From a virus (taxonomy: Duplodnaviria; Caudoviricetes), in the IMG/VR virus record IMGVR_UViG_3300020042_001560, positions 1-24,662 of that record: a stretch of DNA of 24,662 nucleotides, one strand, 5' to 3'. How positions within the stretch are numbered: position 1 is the first letter of the stretch; every line of letters begins with the position of its first letter. The notes under the pieces are model-generated. The model worked only from the letters and a program-made list of their open reading frames with translations, did not search any database and was not told the origin of the DNA. The position numbers and the translations under genes were made by a program. This document shows positions 6,720-16,300 of the stretch, in pieces.

Positions 6720-7072
6720 GCCTTTCCAGCCCGCTACGGAAAGTTGCTAGCAAGCTGATGGCTAAGTTTGGCGGTGTTGCGACCATCCGCCGGATCACGA
6801 TGGGCGCATACGATCCAGCTACTGGCACCGCAGCCGAAACTGCTGCTGATACGGCTATACGTGGTGTACTCGAGGACGTTAATTTGCGTGAGGTGAATGA
6901 CCTAATCCAAGCTGGTGACAAGCGGTTAACGATTGCCGCAGCAGATGTTGCAAATGCACCAACACCAGCAGATAAAGTGCTAATTGCATCAGTAGTGCAT
7001 CAAATAATTAGCGTTGCAACGACTGAGCAAGATAATACAGCGATAACTTATGAGTTGATCTTGAGGGCATAA
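6716..7072 (+). CDS. Head closure / stopper protein
   Basis: 118 aa. 'KFGG.ATIRR...YDPATG', 'LIQAGDKRL', 'YELILR'. Neck-module position. Confidence 0.7.
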   Translation: MSLSSPLRKVASKLMAKFGGVATIRRITMGAYDPATGTAAETAADTAIRGVLEDVNLREVNDLIQAGDKRLTIAAADVANAPTPADKVLIASVVHQIISVATTEQDNTAITYELILRA

Positions 7073-7509
7073 TGGCACGAATTATCCGCATTGAAGATAT
7101 TGGTGATTATGCCAATAACCAAGTAGAGAAGCTATTACGTGCAGCAGTATTAGAAACTGATAGTTTACTGAAACAAGCAAGCCCAGTCGATACTGGTAGA
7201 TTCCGCGCTAGCTGGCAGGTGGGCGAAAATGCTGCTGGTACATACGATGCCGGCCCACAACAATCACCAAGCAATCCTGGTCGCGGCAAAACAAGTGCAC
7301 CAGCAGGTCCAATGTTCCCATTACGCAAGATGAACTACCAGCAAGAACGTATTGGCAACGTCTATAGCGTGCACAACAATTTGCCATATGCGGAATCTCT
7401 TGCTAATGGCAGCAGCAAGCAAACCGACAAAGGCTGGATTCAAGGCATAGCTAAAGATGTTCAAAGCAGAGTACGAAGAGCTGCTGACGATATAGGCCGC
7501 AACTCATGA
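7072..7509 (+). CDS. HK97 gp10-like tail completion protein
   Basis: 'SPVDTGRFRASWQV' and 'NNLPYAESLANGSSKQ' motifs. Confidence 0.85.
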   Translation: MARIIRIEDIGDYANNQVEKLLRAAVLETDSLLKQASPVDTGRFRASWQVGENAAGTYDAGPQQSPSNPGRGKTSAPAGPMFPLRKMNYQQERIGNVYSVHNNLPYAESLANGSSKQTDKGWIQGIAKDVQSRVRRAADDIGRNS

Positions 7510-7928
7510 GCAGCACCTACAACAACGTCCGCGCTGCTATTGAAGGCCGTATTGCTACTGAAATGGCAATTGCACCTGTGTATCCGGTCAGCTATCAAAA
7601 CGTACCATTTACGCCGCCAGGTAATGCACCATGGCTACAAACATTTATACGGTTTGGCGATAATGCTTATGCAACGCTGCTACCTACAGGCGGTGTAGGG
7701 TTCAACCGCCAAAACGGTGTGCTGGTAGTAAATGTATTCACGCCTGTTGGTGTTGGCGCAGCAGCAAACTACACCATTGCTGAACGCATCAAGGATTTAT
7801 TTGATCGCGCTAAATTTTCAAGCATTATATTTGATGCCGCATCAGGGCCATCAGTTGTAACGCCTGCATCACCTGAACCATATTTTCAAACACAGCTAAC
7901 CGCAACTTTTGAAGCTTACTTGGATTGA
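7506..7928 (+). CDS. Tail terminator (DUF4128-like)
   Basis: 'VSYQNVPFTPP...PWL', 'GVLVVNVFTPVGVG', 'IAERIKDLF'; precedes the tail tube gene. Confidence 0.8.
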   Translation: MSSTYNNVRAAIEGRIATEMAIAPVYPVSYQNVPFTPPGNAPWLQTFIRFGDNAYATLLPTGGVGFNRQNGVLVVNVFTPVGVGAAANYTIAERIKDLFDRAKFSSIIFDAASGPSVVTPASPEPYFQTQLTATFEAYLD

Positions 7929-7964
7929 CGCTATACTAAAACAAGCCAATCATCTGCTAAATCA

Positions 7965-8723
7965 ATGGCCGTTACTGTTCTTTCCGGCACGTCCGGCGCT
8001 CTCTACTACAAGCCCGCTGGCACCATTGGTGATTTTGGCGAGACCAACGTCAGCATTGCTAACGACGAAATTACCGTTAAGACGTACCTTAATTTTAAGG
8101 CAGGCGACCCAGTTAAATTCCGTGTTGTAAACACTCAAACTGGTGCTGCTGGTTCCGGCACATTGCCTGCACCAATCAGTTCAGCCACCACTTATTACGT
8201 ATTAAGTTACGTTGCTGCTACGGGTGTATTGACCGTATCAACCAGTGCTGGCGGCGTTATCTTGCCAATCACTGATGACGGCACATTGGCTTCACCCAAT
8301 GAGTTTGAGGTTTATTACGCCGATTATGCTGCTGTAGGCCAAGTGCAGAACTGGAGCTTTGAGATCAGCCGCGCTGAAATTGACGTTACCACCATCGGCC
8401 AAGCTGTTGGGCAGTATGCACCATTCAAGGCTTACATCCCAGGTTTTGCTGACGGCAACGGCAGTGCATCTGTATTTGTGACCAGCGAAGATAGCGCACT
8501 ATCGAACAGGATGGTAGAAGACGTGCTACAGCGCCAGCAAGTAGGCGCAGCGTTTAAGTTGTACACCGACAAAGGGTCAACCGAAGCCCTAAGCCGCAGC
8601 ATCGCTATGGATGCTGTATTGCTTAGCGCAACGCTTAACATCAACCCAGATGACGCCCAGATGGTAGAAATCACTTTCCGTCCTACTGGCGCCCCATCGT
8701 TCGACTTTAGTACCACTGTTTGA
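7965..8723 (+). CDS. Major tail tube protein with an inserted beta domain
   Basis: 'LSGTSGALYY' ... 'VGQVQNWSFEISRAEIDVTTIG...YIPGFADGNGS' ... 'NPDDAQMVEITFRPTG'; lies between the terminator and chaperone genes. Confidence 0.85.
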   Translation: MAVTVLSGTSGALYYKPAGTIGDFGETNVSIANDEITVKTYLNFKAGDPVKFRVVNTQTGAAGSGTLPAPISSATTYYVLSYVAATGVLTVSTSAGGVILPITDDGTLASPNEFEVYYADYAAVGQVQNWSFEISRAEIDVTTIGQAVGQYAPFKAYIPGFADGNGSASVFVTSEDSALSNRMVEDVLQRQQVGAAFKLYTDKGSTEALSRSIAMDAVLLSATLNINPDDAQMVEITFRPTGAPSFDFSTTV

Positions 8724-8729
8724 TAACTA

Positions 8730-9077
8730 ATGGCATCCACTGCAATCAGGGCAATAGATCGTTTAAAGAAAGCTGCTAATTTAGTACCCGTCAAAAAAAC
8801 GGTCGTACTAACTGATGGCGCTGAGTTTGTGTTCTACCGTTCACCATTAACAATGGCTGAACGCGAACGGGCACAAAAGGATGCTGCATCCGATGATGTA
8901 AATGCTTTTGCATTGCAACTGCTGGTTCAAAAAGCAACAGATGAAAACGGCCAGCGGATATTTGCTGCTGGTGAGATTGCGGAACTAAAAAACGAGGTTC
9001 GTGATGCTGACCTGCAATCACTGATGCTTGCTGTTATCAGCGAGGATATCAAGGAAGAGGTTGATACAAAAAAATAA
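8730..9077 (+). CDS. Tail assembly chaperone (lambda gpG analogue)
   Basis: 115 aa between tube and tape measure genes; 'PLTMAERE', 'DENGQRIF'; ends ACA AAA AAA TAA. Confidence 0.85.
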   Translation: MASTAIRAIDRLKKAANLVPVKKTVVLTDGAEFVFYRSPLTMAERERAQKDAASDDVNAFALQLLVQKATDENGQRIFAAGEIAELKNEVRDADLQSLMLAVISEDIKEEVDTKK

Positions 9078-9113
9078 AGGCGGAGCTTAAAAGGGATAAC
9101 CTGCTTAGGCTCC
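9068..9113 (+). other. Programmed -1 ribosomal frameshift signal (gpG/gpGT type)
   Basis: Heptamer A AAA AAA (9068-9074), 7-nt spacer, then stem GGAGCTTAA (9082-9090) / TTAGGCTCC (9105-9113). Confidence 0.85.
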
Positions 9114-9253
9114 AGCTTGGTGTAGCCAAGGAATTAGGCTATACGTTAGCTAAATTAAATTCAGAGCTGACTATGGAAGAACTGCTTCTGTGGTCAGCTT
9201 ATTTTGAATTGTGCAATGATGAGCAAGAAGCTGCAATGCGACGGCGACGCTAG
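9074..9253 (+). CDS. Tail assembly chaperone -1 frame extension (gpT analogue); fusion about 174 aa from 8730
   Basis: The -1 frame reads IKAELKRDNLLRLQLGVAKELGYTLAKLNSELTMEELLLWSAYF...RRRR*, a typical gpT 'A.ELG.T..L...E...W.AYF' pattern. Confidence 0.85.
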   Translation: MKAELKRDNLLRLQLGVAKELGYTLAKLNSELTMEELLLWSAYFELCNDEQEAAMRRRR

Positions 9254-9280
9254 ACTGGATCTAGTAGTAGGTGGCTAGCT

Positions 9281-12200
9281 GTGTCGGTTGTTGCTAATGT
9301 TGCCATTAATGTTGACAGCAGGGGCGCAACGCAACAGTTACGGCAGTTTCAGACGCAAACTGAAAAAACGTCACAAGCAGTTAATAATTTAAAACTTGAC
9401 GCCTTACAAAGATCTATAAACGCGCTACCAGGCGGTCTTGGCTTAGCCGCTAATGGCATTGCAGATTTCTCCCGCCAACTCAACAATGCAGGCATCACCG
9501 CCAAAGCAGCAACCGCACAAATTATTGCTTTGCAAGCTGCCATTAGCAGCAAAAAGCTTCAATTAGCTGGCGCAGGCGGCATTGGCGGTGAAAAGATTAA
9601 AGCAGAAATTGCTGGGCTTGAGTCACAGCTTGGTGGATTATCAAACGCAGCAAAAGGAGTATCTCCAGCGCTATTAGTAGCTGGAGCAGGTGCCATTGCT
9701 TTAGCTGCTGGCATTGCAGCAGTGGCAGGCGCATCGCTTAAATTCTCAAACGAAATAGATAGGAACCGTCAACAATTAACATTATTTACAAAAAATGCAG
9801 AGGCAACTAATGAAATTATTGCACAATTAAAGGTTACAGCAGATGCTACAAGTCTTGGTTTGCCAGGCTTGCTAGAAGCTACTAAAACACTTGCAGCCTA
9901 TGGGGTATCGGCAAAGAATGCTGGCACAGCTACAAAAATGCTTGGAGACTTAGCGCTTGGTGATAGCGAAAAACTACAAAGATTTGCGGTTAACTTAGGC
10001 CAAATCAGTAGCATCGGCAAAGCATACACGGTTGATTTAAAGCAGTTTGCGATGGCGGGCATTCCTATATTTGAAGCGTTATCAAAAGTAATGGGTAAGA
10101 GTACATCTGAGGTATTAAAATTAGCAGAACAAGGCCAAGTTACTTATCCAATTGTTGTAAAAGCAATTGCAGAATTAACAAAAGAAGGCGCATCATTTTT
10201 TAATGGCGCAGAAAAAGGTGGCACTAATTTAGATAGGTCATTAAATCAATTAACAGGAGCATTTGAAAATTTACAAACAATTATAGGAACCGCAGTTGGG
10301 CCAGCAGCGGTTACAGCAGTATTAACTCTTAAAGATGCACTTGATGGTGTTTTATTAATAATAAAAAGTTTGTCTAACGAGTTTAAATATTTTAGCGGGT
10401 TAATTAACAAAAATGATTTTGGCCACGCTATAGTCAATGAATTTAAATTTGTTAAAAAATATTTAGAAGAGAATCCAATTTTAACGCAGGCATTAGACCC
10501 ACTTAATAAAGTATTAAACCCAGCCGGAGCAGTAATTGATACATTCGCGCAAGTCGGTAAAATTCAGAAGAAAGACGCAAGCAGCACAACTAGCAATAGC
10601 GAGGAAGCAGCACGGCAAAAATATTTAGCTGATATTGCTAAGCAAAATACAGCAGATGTGCTTGCTGATAAATTAAAAAAAGAAACAGAAATAAATGGAA
10701 AAATTGCAAAAATAAATAAAGATACAGAATTGCAATTAAATAATTCGCGTTTAGATTATGAGCGACAAATTGCTGATTTTAGAGAATCAACATTACGCCG
10801 TATTGTTGATATGGAGCGCACGCTCCAAGATCAGCGCATTAAAGGTAATTTTGATTTAGAACAATCGCAGTTAAAGCTTGCAGGGAAAGCGCAATACGGT
10901 AAAGATACTTCTGCAATGATCGCAGCAGCAACAACCGGTCAAGATACTACGATGTTATCTGCTGCCCGTGATAGCGCAAAATCTTTAAATGATGCTGCTG
11001 TAACTAGAAGACAAATTGAGTTTGATTCAACAATGAAAAAAATTCAATTAGAACGTACATTAACAGACTTCAAGAAAGGTATTGAGCGTGAAATTGGCGA
11101 GATGCAAAAAAGTTATGCACGGCAAACAAGCGATATTTTGACAACAGCAGGCACTAACATACAATCTGCAATGATTAAAGGGGCAAAAGAAGTAGAAGCA
11201 ATATTGACGCGACTTGGGACAGGCATGTCACCACCTGCGGCCCCAGAATTACCCGCTGCAAATTCGCAATTTGTTCGCAGAGCCAATGACCAACCAAACC
11301 AACAAGCCAACAGTGCTGCTGCTGGTGTAGGGAGGATTATCACCCCAAGCATGACACAACCTAGGGCTGTGACGCAAGGACCGCCAGGAATGCGGGCAAT
11401 GGTGCCAGGAGCGCAGTCAATGCAAGTTGATGCTGTGAATAATATTAGGCAATTCTCACCTGCAACAGCAAAGCTTGATCAAGACACAAATGTACTTAAA
11501 AATCAAGAGACACAAGCAAAAATTAATCAAATACTAGATCAACAAGTTACTAAAACGAATGAATTAAAAGATGCAACATTTCAAGTTACAGAACAATCAA
11601 TGGCAGGATTAAAAACATCAATTGAAAAAAGTCAAGCAGACCAAAGAACATTAGATCTAATTGTCAGCGGCACTAACCCAGCTTTAGCGGCACAATTTGC
11701 GCAAAACGAACAGCTTAATGCTCAAAATACATTAAAGCTTGAAGCTCAACGAGCGTCAGTGCAAAAAACATTAGAAGAAAAGGGTTTGACCGCTGAGACC
11801 GTCTTTGAACGTAAAAATCTTGTATTACAGCTTGATGAACAAATATCAAAGCAACCCCAAATATTAGAAGGCTTAAACCAGCAAGCTGTTAAACAAAAAG
11901 AAATTAATGATGCTAGTGCTGAATTTGCGTCTAAACAGCAATCAATTAAAAATTTAGTCCAAAACATTGGCGCTAGCATTGAAAGCGGAATTGTTGGCGC
12001 TATTGATGGCGCAATAACTGGCGCTAAAAGCCTGCAAGAAAGCTTGACTGATATATTAAAAGATATTGGCAAAATGCTGATATCATTTGGCGTTAAGGCA
12101 TTGCTTGGCGGTATTGAAATTGATGGCACAAAGATCTTTGGCGGGGGTAAAGCTGCTGGCGGCCCAGTAAGCAGCAACAGCAGCTACATGGTCGGCGAGA

Positions 12201-12532
12201 AAGGCCCTGAGTTATTTGTGCCACGCACCTCGGGCACTATCGTTCCAGCGGACGCTACGGCAGCAGCAATGGCGCGTTACCAACGCCAAGGCGGTAGCAG
12301 CAGCGGTGCTGGAGGCAGCACATCAGAACAAGGGCAAACATCCGCCAGCTCTAATGCTGCTATCGATGTAAATTACACAGTTGAACGCATCAATAGCGTT
12401 TCGTATGTGACTGATGAACAATTCCAGATGGGGTTACGGCAAGCGGCGAAACAAGGCGCTACCCTGGGACGCCAGCAGGTTATGTCTGACCTCACCAATA
12501 AACGCAGTGTACGCAGCAGGTTAGGAATATGA
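9281..12532 (+). CDS. Tape measure protein
   Basis: 1083 aa, helical, Ala/Gln/Leu-rich, GTG start. Tape-measure domain around 'LAAYG...LGDLA.G...LGQI...DLKQFAMAGIPI'. C-terminal 'AAGGPV...YMVGEKGPELFVP'. Confidence 0.95.
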   Translation: MSVVANVAINVDSRGATQQLRQFQTQTEKTSQAVNNLKLDALQRSINALPGGLGLAANGIADFSRQLNNAGITAKAATAQIIALQAAISSKKLQLAGAGGIGGEKIKAEIAGLESQLGGLSNAAKGVSPALLVAGAGAIALAAGIAAVAGASLKFSNEIDRNRQQLTLFTKNAEATNEIIAQLKVTADATSLGLPGLLEATKTLAAYGVSAKNAGTATKMLGDLALGDSEKLQRFAVNLGQISSIGKAYTVDLKQFAMAGIPIFEALSKVMGKSTSEVLKLAEQGQVTYPIVVKAIAELTKEGASFFNGAEKGGTNLDRSLNQLTGAFENLQTIIGTAVGPAAVTAVLTLKDALDGVLLIIKSLSNEFKYFSGLINKNDFGHAIVNEFKFVKKYLEENPILTQALDPLNKVLNPAGAVIDTFAQVGKIQKKDASSTTSNSEEAARQKYLADIAKQNTADVLADKLKKETEINGKIAKINKDTELQLNNSRLDYERQIADFRESTLRRIVDMERTLQDQRIKGNFDLEQSQLKLAGKAQYGKDTSAMIAAATTGQDTTMLSAARDSAKSLNDAAVTRRQIEFDSTMKKIQLERTLTDFKKGIEREIGEMQKSYARQTSDILTTAGTNIQSAMIKGAKEVEAILTRLGTGMSPPAAPELPAANSQFVRRANDQPNQQANSAAAGVGRIITPSMTQPRAVTQGPPGMRAMVPGAQSMQVDAVNNIRQFSPATAKLDQDTNVLKNQETQAKINQILDQQVTKTNELKDATFQVTEQSMAGLKTSIEKSQADQRTLDLIVSGTNPALAAQFAQNEQLNAQNTLKLEAQRASVQKTLEEKGLTAETVFERKNLVLQLDEQISKQPQILEGLNQQAVKQKEINDASAEFASKQQSIKNLVQNIGASIESGIVGAIDGAITGAKSLQESLTDILKDIGKMLISFGVKALLGGIEIDGTKIFGGGKAAGGPVSSNSSYMVGEKGPELFVPRTSGTIVPADATAAAMARYQRQGGSSSGAGGSTSEQGQTSASSNAAIDVNYTVERINSVSYVTDEQFQMGLRQAAKQGATLGRQQVMSDLTNKRSVRSRLGI

Positions 12533-12999
12533 GCATTCAAGCTATTGCAAATTTTATTGAACTCCAATCTGTCGATGGCAATAGCCAATCACGCTATCAA
12601 AATAGCAATGTTGGTGGCGTGATGACCTATGACGGTCATGGTTACAACTACCTGAGCTTTCTATATCAAGGCGCTAGTAGAAACCGCACCGGGGATAATA
12701 TATCTAGCTCGCTAACAATTGCGCAGAATGCTATATCAATGAATATAGCCCAACAAGCAATAATTAATTTCTGGAGCATTCGAGTTGATACGTTAGCGGT
12801 ACATCCGCAAACGCTTGCTGTTGGTAGGTTGCTTTCTACCGAATACTGGGTTGCTACAACAATGACGTACGACACCAATGCTGTAATCATTGAACTTAGC
12901 AGTGGCATTGATGCTGTCGGTGCTGATGCGCCGTTTAGATCATTGACCCGTGACTTAGTAGGTGCATTACCATTAAGCGCATCCATCCGCAACGGCTGA
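12529..12999 (+). CDS. Minor tail / tail tip protein (lambda gpL-like position)
   Basis: ATGA overlap with the tape measure gene; 'YDGHGYNYLSF', 'IELSSGIDAVG..AP.R.LT'. Confidence 0.6.
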   Translation: MSIQAIANFIELQSVDGNSQSRYQNSNVGGVMTYDGHGYNYLSFLYQGASRNRTGDNISSSLTIAQNAISMNIAQQAIINFWSIRVDTLAVHPQTLAVGRLLSTEYWVATTMTYDTNAVIIELSSGIDAVGADAPFRSLTRDLVGALPLSASIRNG

Positions 13000-13004
13000 T
13001 AGGC

Positions 13005-13343
13005 ATGGGCTATCGGTTGGGTGCTATCCCAGCTGTGCATGGCATGGGCGATTGCCTCAGTTTGGCCTGCGCTGTTTTGACGTGGTATGGCATTGAGGTG
13101 CCAATGCCTAAACGTGATTGGTATCGAAGGCTTAGGCGCGGAGATCGCAGTGTATTTCCTGACGAGCTTGGCGCGTGGGGCCAAAGGACAGATACAGCTA
13201 GAATAGGTACAATAGGTTTAACCCCCACCGGGCTAACAACTTTTTACGAGGGTGGATGGCTTTATTACAGCCCGGAACAACAGGTAGCATGGACACCTCT
13301 GGGACTCCTTACGGACGTAGAGCTTTATTGCCCTCGGAAGTAG
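13005..13343 (+). CDS. Tail assembly protein, degenerate NlpC/P60 (lambda gpK-like)
   Basis: 'YRLGA.P...GDCLSL..AVL..YGIEVP...WY' pattern, positioned before the hub gene. Confidence 0.6.
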   Translation: MGYRLGAIPAVHGMGDCLSLACAVLTWYGIEVPMPKRDWYRRLRRGDRSVFPDELGAWGQRTDTARIGTIGLTPTGLTTFYEGGWLYYSPEQQVAWTPLGLLTDVELYCPRK

Positions 13344-16300
13344 CATTATGTAATACGGTAGGACTTACTGCAGAGGAATATATATATTTTTGCCAATTAA
13401 GTGACGCATACAATGGATCTAGGCCAGCGGGATATGAACACATTCCTGATATAAAAAATGATTTTATTGTTACGCCTATTATTACAATTGTTGTTGGTGC
13501 GGCTGTATCTTATGGGGCTAGTGCACTTTCACCAAAACCTAAGGCACCGTCTGCACCAGCTAGGGCAGCGGCGGCACCTGAAAAAACATCAGTCGCGCCA
13601 ATTGATACGCCAGATATTAGTGGGCAAACTCGATTTACGTCTTTGTATGGATTTGAATCGCTGCAGAGTTTGGCAGCACTTGGCGAAATCCAGCCACTGG
13701 TTTTTACAAATTATGATGCTGCAGCAAAAACTGGCGGCATTCGCACCAAGGCTTTGTTGCTGTGGTCGCAATTATTAAGCCAAGGATCAAGCCAAGCATT
13801 AAAAGCTTTATACACTTTAGGATCTGGGGAGTTAGCAGCAAAACCAGATTACGACGGTTATGCAATAGGAGATCAATTACTAAAAAATTACACTAGGTCG
13901 CGATTAGCGTTGTATTTCCGCACAAATGGCGGACGCACGACAGAAGCTGACCGCTACGCAGAATATACACTGACGGCAAACGGTGTTAATGATCCATTTC
14001 TTGCCCGTGATGAACAGACTGGCACGGACGTATCACTTTTTTCTGGTGTTCGCACCCCAGGATCTCAAACCGTATTTGGAGCATATGCACCAACAAACAA
14101 TGGATCGCCTTATTGGCTGCCTTATGAGTTGGTGATGGTATTTAAGACTGCTGCAAATAGGATTGATTTATTAAAAAAGAGAGAAAAACTAGGGCAATCA
14201 TACGCGCCACGGCAAGCAATGACTCACCTCAATGGGTCAGAATATGCAGCACCAACTAGCGGCAGCATTGCCGTTGGTAATACGATGTATTACACGGTAT
14301 CATCAATTGATGAGTCAGAAGGCGAATACTTCCCACATGGCCTCAGTGATGTAAACAATGGGACACATGAGCGGCGCACATTCGCCGATGATAATTTAAA
14401 CGTTGGCGATACATATTTATTCGGTTCGGCTGTAATCCAATGCACTGATGTAAGCACTACTAACATATGGCAAGTGGGCCAAAATAAAGTTTGGCAGTTT
14501 ACTTGTATTGAAGCTGGGGCGTCATATTTCCAACCAACTAATACCGGACGAGGTTTAGGCAATTTGCCTTATGGCTTCCACCTGATGAGGATGGAATATG
14601 GAGTAGTAGCCAATAATAGAAAATGCGACCAAACAGAAATTGGCATCAAGTCAATGGTATGGAAACAAATAAGCGGATTCTCAAACGTCAATAGCCAACC
14701 ATCTGCTGAAGTTATTAGCGCCTACGAAGAATTAGATGCCAGCATAACACTGGGGCGCGTGACTAAATACATCCAGCGCTTTAGCTTTTTTGTGCTGGAA
14801 GCGCGGTTGGCTGGCACCGACGCATGGGTGGATCTAAGCGGGGGGACGCTGTTTGCCGTAAGAGGTACAACTCAAGAACCTATATTTAATTTTATTCGTA
14901 TTTCTCATTCCTATAACCAATATGAATTTAGACTTAGACCCGTAGCGGGCTCTATTGTATTTGCTACTTATATAAATAAATTTGTAAATTTATTAGATGG
15001 CAGTAGCTTTACATCTTATAACGTTGGGACAGAACAAATAGGATTTAGTGGCACACCGTTCCCGCTAACACCTTCGGCTGTATGCAATCCAGAATTTATT
15101 GTTGGCATTCCACCCGCAAACCATGGCGCGGTCACCAGTTTTCAAGCCTCGGGTGCAGGCATTAAGCCTCCCGGGGCATATACATGGGTTCAAAACGATG
15201 CACCAGCACTTGAAATAACAAACCCATCAAATTACAGCGCTGTCTGGAGCAGGGCCGATGGCAAGCAGATAAAAGCATATTACAAAGGTGCAAATGTATT
15301 AAGTCAATATAGTGACCCACCAGTTTATCCCAGCATCTATAAACCAAATTTAGCTGTAACGCCAATCCTCGACCCAGCGAAAACTGGTTGGGTACTGCTT
15401 GAAACGCGCAGTAATGATAACAACTATGTGCGAACTACACAAGGATCTTCAGCTGTTGCAGTAATTTGGGATGGTGCAAACGTAGCGGGCAGTTCTGGTG
15501 AAAACAATGTTTACCGTACCGGAGGCTATGTTAGAACCGTAGAAGGATTGCCAGATGGATATCATGTATTAGGTAATCCTCAATTGCTAGTTTTTGCAGA
15601 ATTTGCGGCAAATTATACCGGCGTTTGGCAGCATCAAACCACTGGCGAAACAATTGCTTATTACGATGGCGTAAATGTTTCTAATCTTTATGATGCCAAT
15701 CCTGCTGGTAGATCATCACCTTTTGCGCTAAATGGAATAAACCAAGCCATTATTTATACAAAGGGAACACTTTATTTTGTTGACACAAGCAATGGCGGCC
15801 CCTGGAATGTATATTACATCCAGGCGTATCAAGCCCAAACTGCCACACCAACTTATTATTATTATCAAATTCAAAAGTGGCTACTTGAATCGACACAACC
15901 AGAAGATTCTTATGACTGGTATGTTTACCCAATTTTAAGAGGTGCGTGGCAAGGCGACCCATCGAAAATAATAGCTAGCTACGAAAACCGCGCAATTACC
16001 GGAGGTTCTGGCACTGGATTATCAATTAATGCTTTTTCATTTGGTAGCAATTATTGGGAATTTGTTGTTGCACTACCAGGAAGTGGTTACAAAAATGGTG
16101 AAAGCATTTCACATACTTTGCCAGATGGCACACAAATATTATTAATTGTAAATACAGCAGATTCAAATTTAGCGCAAGATAGCATCAATCTAAATCCATA
16201 CGATGCAATAGCTGATTATCCTAAATACTCATTAGAACGCAGCAGCCATGAAGACGGCCCAGAGCATTCAATCGTTTATGTAAATGAGCAAATACGCCAA

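Noticed and set aside
11746-13184. Minus-strand ORFs 11746..12177 and 12666..13184
   Set aside because: No domain-like motifs; antisense to clear tail genes.
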